Positions 44,819 through 46,316 of a DNA stretch of 46,316 nt are shown here, piece by piece (position 1 is the stretch's first letter; each line of letters begins with the position of its first letter). The notes beneath the pieces are model-generated. The model was not told where the DNA came from. It worked only from the letters and a program-made list of their open reading frames with translations, and did not search any database. The translations under genes were made by a program, and so were the position numbers. The DNA is from Candidatus Aenigmatarchaeota archaeon (GTDB taxonomy: Archaea > Aenigmatarchaeota > Aenigmatarchaeia > CG10238-14 > SpSt-28): the NCBI GenBank assembly GCA_039000985.1, contig JAWBMD010000006.1, forward strand, positions 1-46,316, read 5' to 3'.

Positions 44819-46316
44819 ATGGATAACAAAACTTCAGAGAGCAGATTTTTTAATTCTCTTAAAGATATTTTTATAGGGGCAAAAATAGAAGGAGTTTCTG
44901 GTTTTATAAACTTGATGAAAATCAAATCTAAATATTTTGACAAAATATTTGCTTTGTTAAAAAAAGAAATTGAAGAAAAAACTAAAGAGTTTCCTGAATT
45001 CAAAGAAGAACTTTGTGATAAGCTTTATAGCTTCTTCAAAAGATATTTTAGTAATAGTGGTTCGGTTTACTTTGTAAACACTCCTTTTTCTGAAAGAATT
45101 TGGGAAAGAGTATATTCCGATAAAGATGATGTAAGCTTATTTTGGAAAACTCACATGCTTTTCTATGTAAAAACAGATAGAATTTTCAATAGTATTAAGA
45201 TAGAAATAAATGGTTTCAAGTTTTTCTTTGATGTTTCAAAATTAGAACATAAAAAAGCTTGGGAAAAAAGGGAAATTATTTATGAGTTTAAAGATATAGA
45301 TAAAGATGGTACAATTTCTTTTTATGTTTTCTATTCTGAAAAAGGAAGAAAAACTAATATTGAAGATATAAGAAAGAAGTTAAAGGAAAAGGGAATTAAA
45401 ATAGATGAAGAAATTCTAGAAAAAGCATTTAGAACTTTTGAAAAGCAAAGTGAAATTGATTATTTTATAAATAAAAATGCTAAACAGTTTTTGAAAGAAC
45501 AGTTCGATTTATGGCTTTATCAATATATTTATTCTGATGAAAGTAATTTTTCAGAGAGAAGGATTAGACAATTGAAAGTTTTAAAGGATATTGCTTATAA
45601 AATAATAGATTTTATTTCTCAATTTGAAGACGAATTAGTAAGAATTTGGAACAAACCAAAGTTTATTCTTAATTCTAATTATGTTATAACTTTAGATAGA
45701 ATGGCGAAGAAGGGAGAAAAGGGAATAAAACTGATTGAAAAAATAATTAATCATCCTGGTTTTGAGGAGCAAGTTAAAGAATGGAAAGAATTAGGAATAA
45801 TAGAAAATTTTGATAAAAATAAACTTTTTATACAAACACTTAATGGAAAATCATTAAATAAAGAATATCAATTCTTACCGATTGACACAAAATATTTTGA
45901 TGAAGAAATTAAGTATGAATTGCTTTCTTTATTTGAAAATTTGGATCAAGAATTAGATGGTTGGCTTATAAAAAGTGAAAATTATCAAGCGTTAAATACA
46001 ATATTGCCAAAATTCAAAGAAAGGATACAAACAATCTATATTGATCCTCCTTTCAATAAAGAACAGGATGCAGATTATTTTTACTCTGTAAAATTTAAAG
46101 ATGCAACTTGGGCAACAATGCTTGAAAATAGATTAAGAGTTGCTAAAGAATTTTTAAAAGATACAGGAAGTATTTTTGTTAGATGTGATTATAATGGTAA
46201 TTGGATTGTTAGAGCTATAATGAATGAAATTTTTGGAAAGGAAAATTTTAGAAATGAGATTGTATGTATGAGAATTAAAAAACAAACATTTGAAAAGCCA
46301 AAAAGCTTCGCTGTTG
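44819..46316 (+). CDS. Type III-like restriction-modification DNA methyltransferase (Mod), truncated by window end (not in ORF track)
   Basis: Frame from ATG 44819 (MDNKTSESRFFNSLKDIFIGAKIEG), FWKTHMLFYVKT, LIKSENYQAL, IYIDPPFN (in frame at 46043), LENRL, GSIFV.CD, FG.ENF.NEI. Confidence 0.88.
   Translation, partial: MDNKTSESRFFNSLKDIFIGAKIEGVSGFINLMKIKSKYFDKIFALLKKEIEEKTKEFPEFKEELCDKLYSFFKRYFSNSGSVYFVNTPFSERIWERVYSDKDDVSLFWKTHMLFYVKTDRIFNSIKIEINGFKFFFDVSKLEHKKAWEKREIIYEFKDIDKDGTISFYVFYSEKGRKTNIEDIRKKLKEKGIKIDEEILEKAFRTFEKQSEIDYFINKNAKQFLKEQFDLWLYQYIYSDESNFSERRIRQLKVLKDIAYKIIDFISQFEDELVRIWNKPKFILNSNYVITLDRMAKKGEKGIKLIEKIINHPGFEEQVKEWKELGIIENFDKNKLFIQTLNGKSLNKEYQFLPIDTKYFDEEIKYELLSLFENLDQELDGWLIKSENYQALNTILPKFKERIQTIYIDPPFNKEQDADYFYSVKFKDATWATMLENRLRVAKEFLKDTGSIFVRCDYNGNWIVRAIMNEIFGKENFRNEIVCMRIKKQTFEKPKSFAV

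Noticed and set aside
1-46316. CRISPR array, IS element, integrase/att duplication of tRNA-His, inteins
   Set aside because: No spaced direct repeats, transposase or integrase motifs, second copy of the tRNA 3' end, or oversize insertions seen by eye

Overview
Very AT-rich, gene-dense archaeal chromosome segment with a DPANN-like (possibly Aenigmarchaeota-like; inference only) reduced-genome character. Positions ~1-35.4 kb hold shuffled housekeeping genes: AspRS, Dim2/Pno1, Nop5, Lhr, EF-1alpha, uS13/uS4, Trm1, Bud32, eL39/eL31/eIF6, Dph2, Mre11/Rad50, SRP54, NreA, SecY, EMC3/DUF106, PCNA, Spt4 and RpoE. The same stretch carries an RNase P RNA and a tRNA-His(GUG) absent from the ORF track, and two decayed genes (Xaa-Pro peptidase, SufS). 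Positions ~35.4-46.3 kb are accessory: Fe3+-type ABC transporter, zincin protease, hypothetical genes, VKOR, PQQ-dependent sugar dehydrogenase, a metallo-beta-lactamase-fold pseudogene, and a type III-like DNA methyltransferase running off the window end. The best candidates for undescribed biology are (i) a tandem pair of paralogous nucleotidyltransferase-HEPN fusions, (ii) a DEDD exonuclease-Mre11-IMPase-Rad50 operon with no HerA/NurA, (iii) an unannotated 33-aa poly-Glu microprotein with its own promoter and terminator, (iv) a tRNA-His sitting 3 nt upstream of a Bud32/Trm1 operon, and (v) a minimal RNase P RNA. All calls come from motif recognition; no database search was run.
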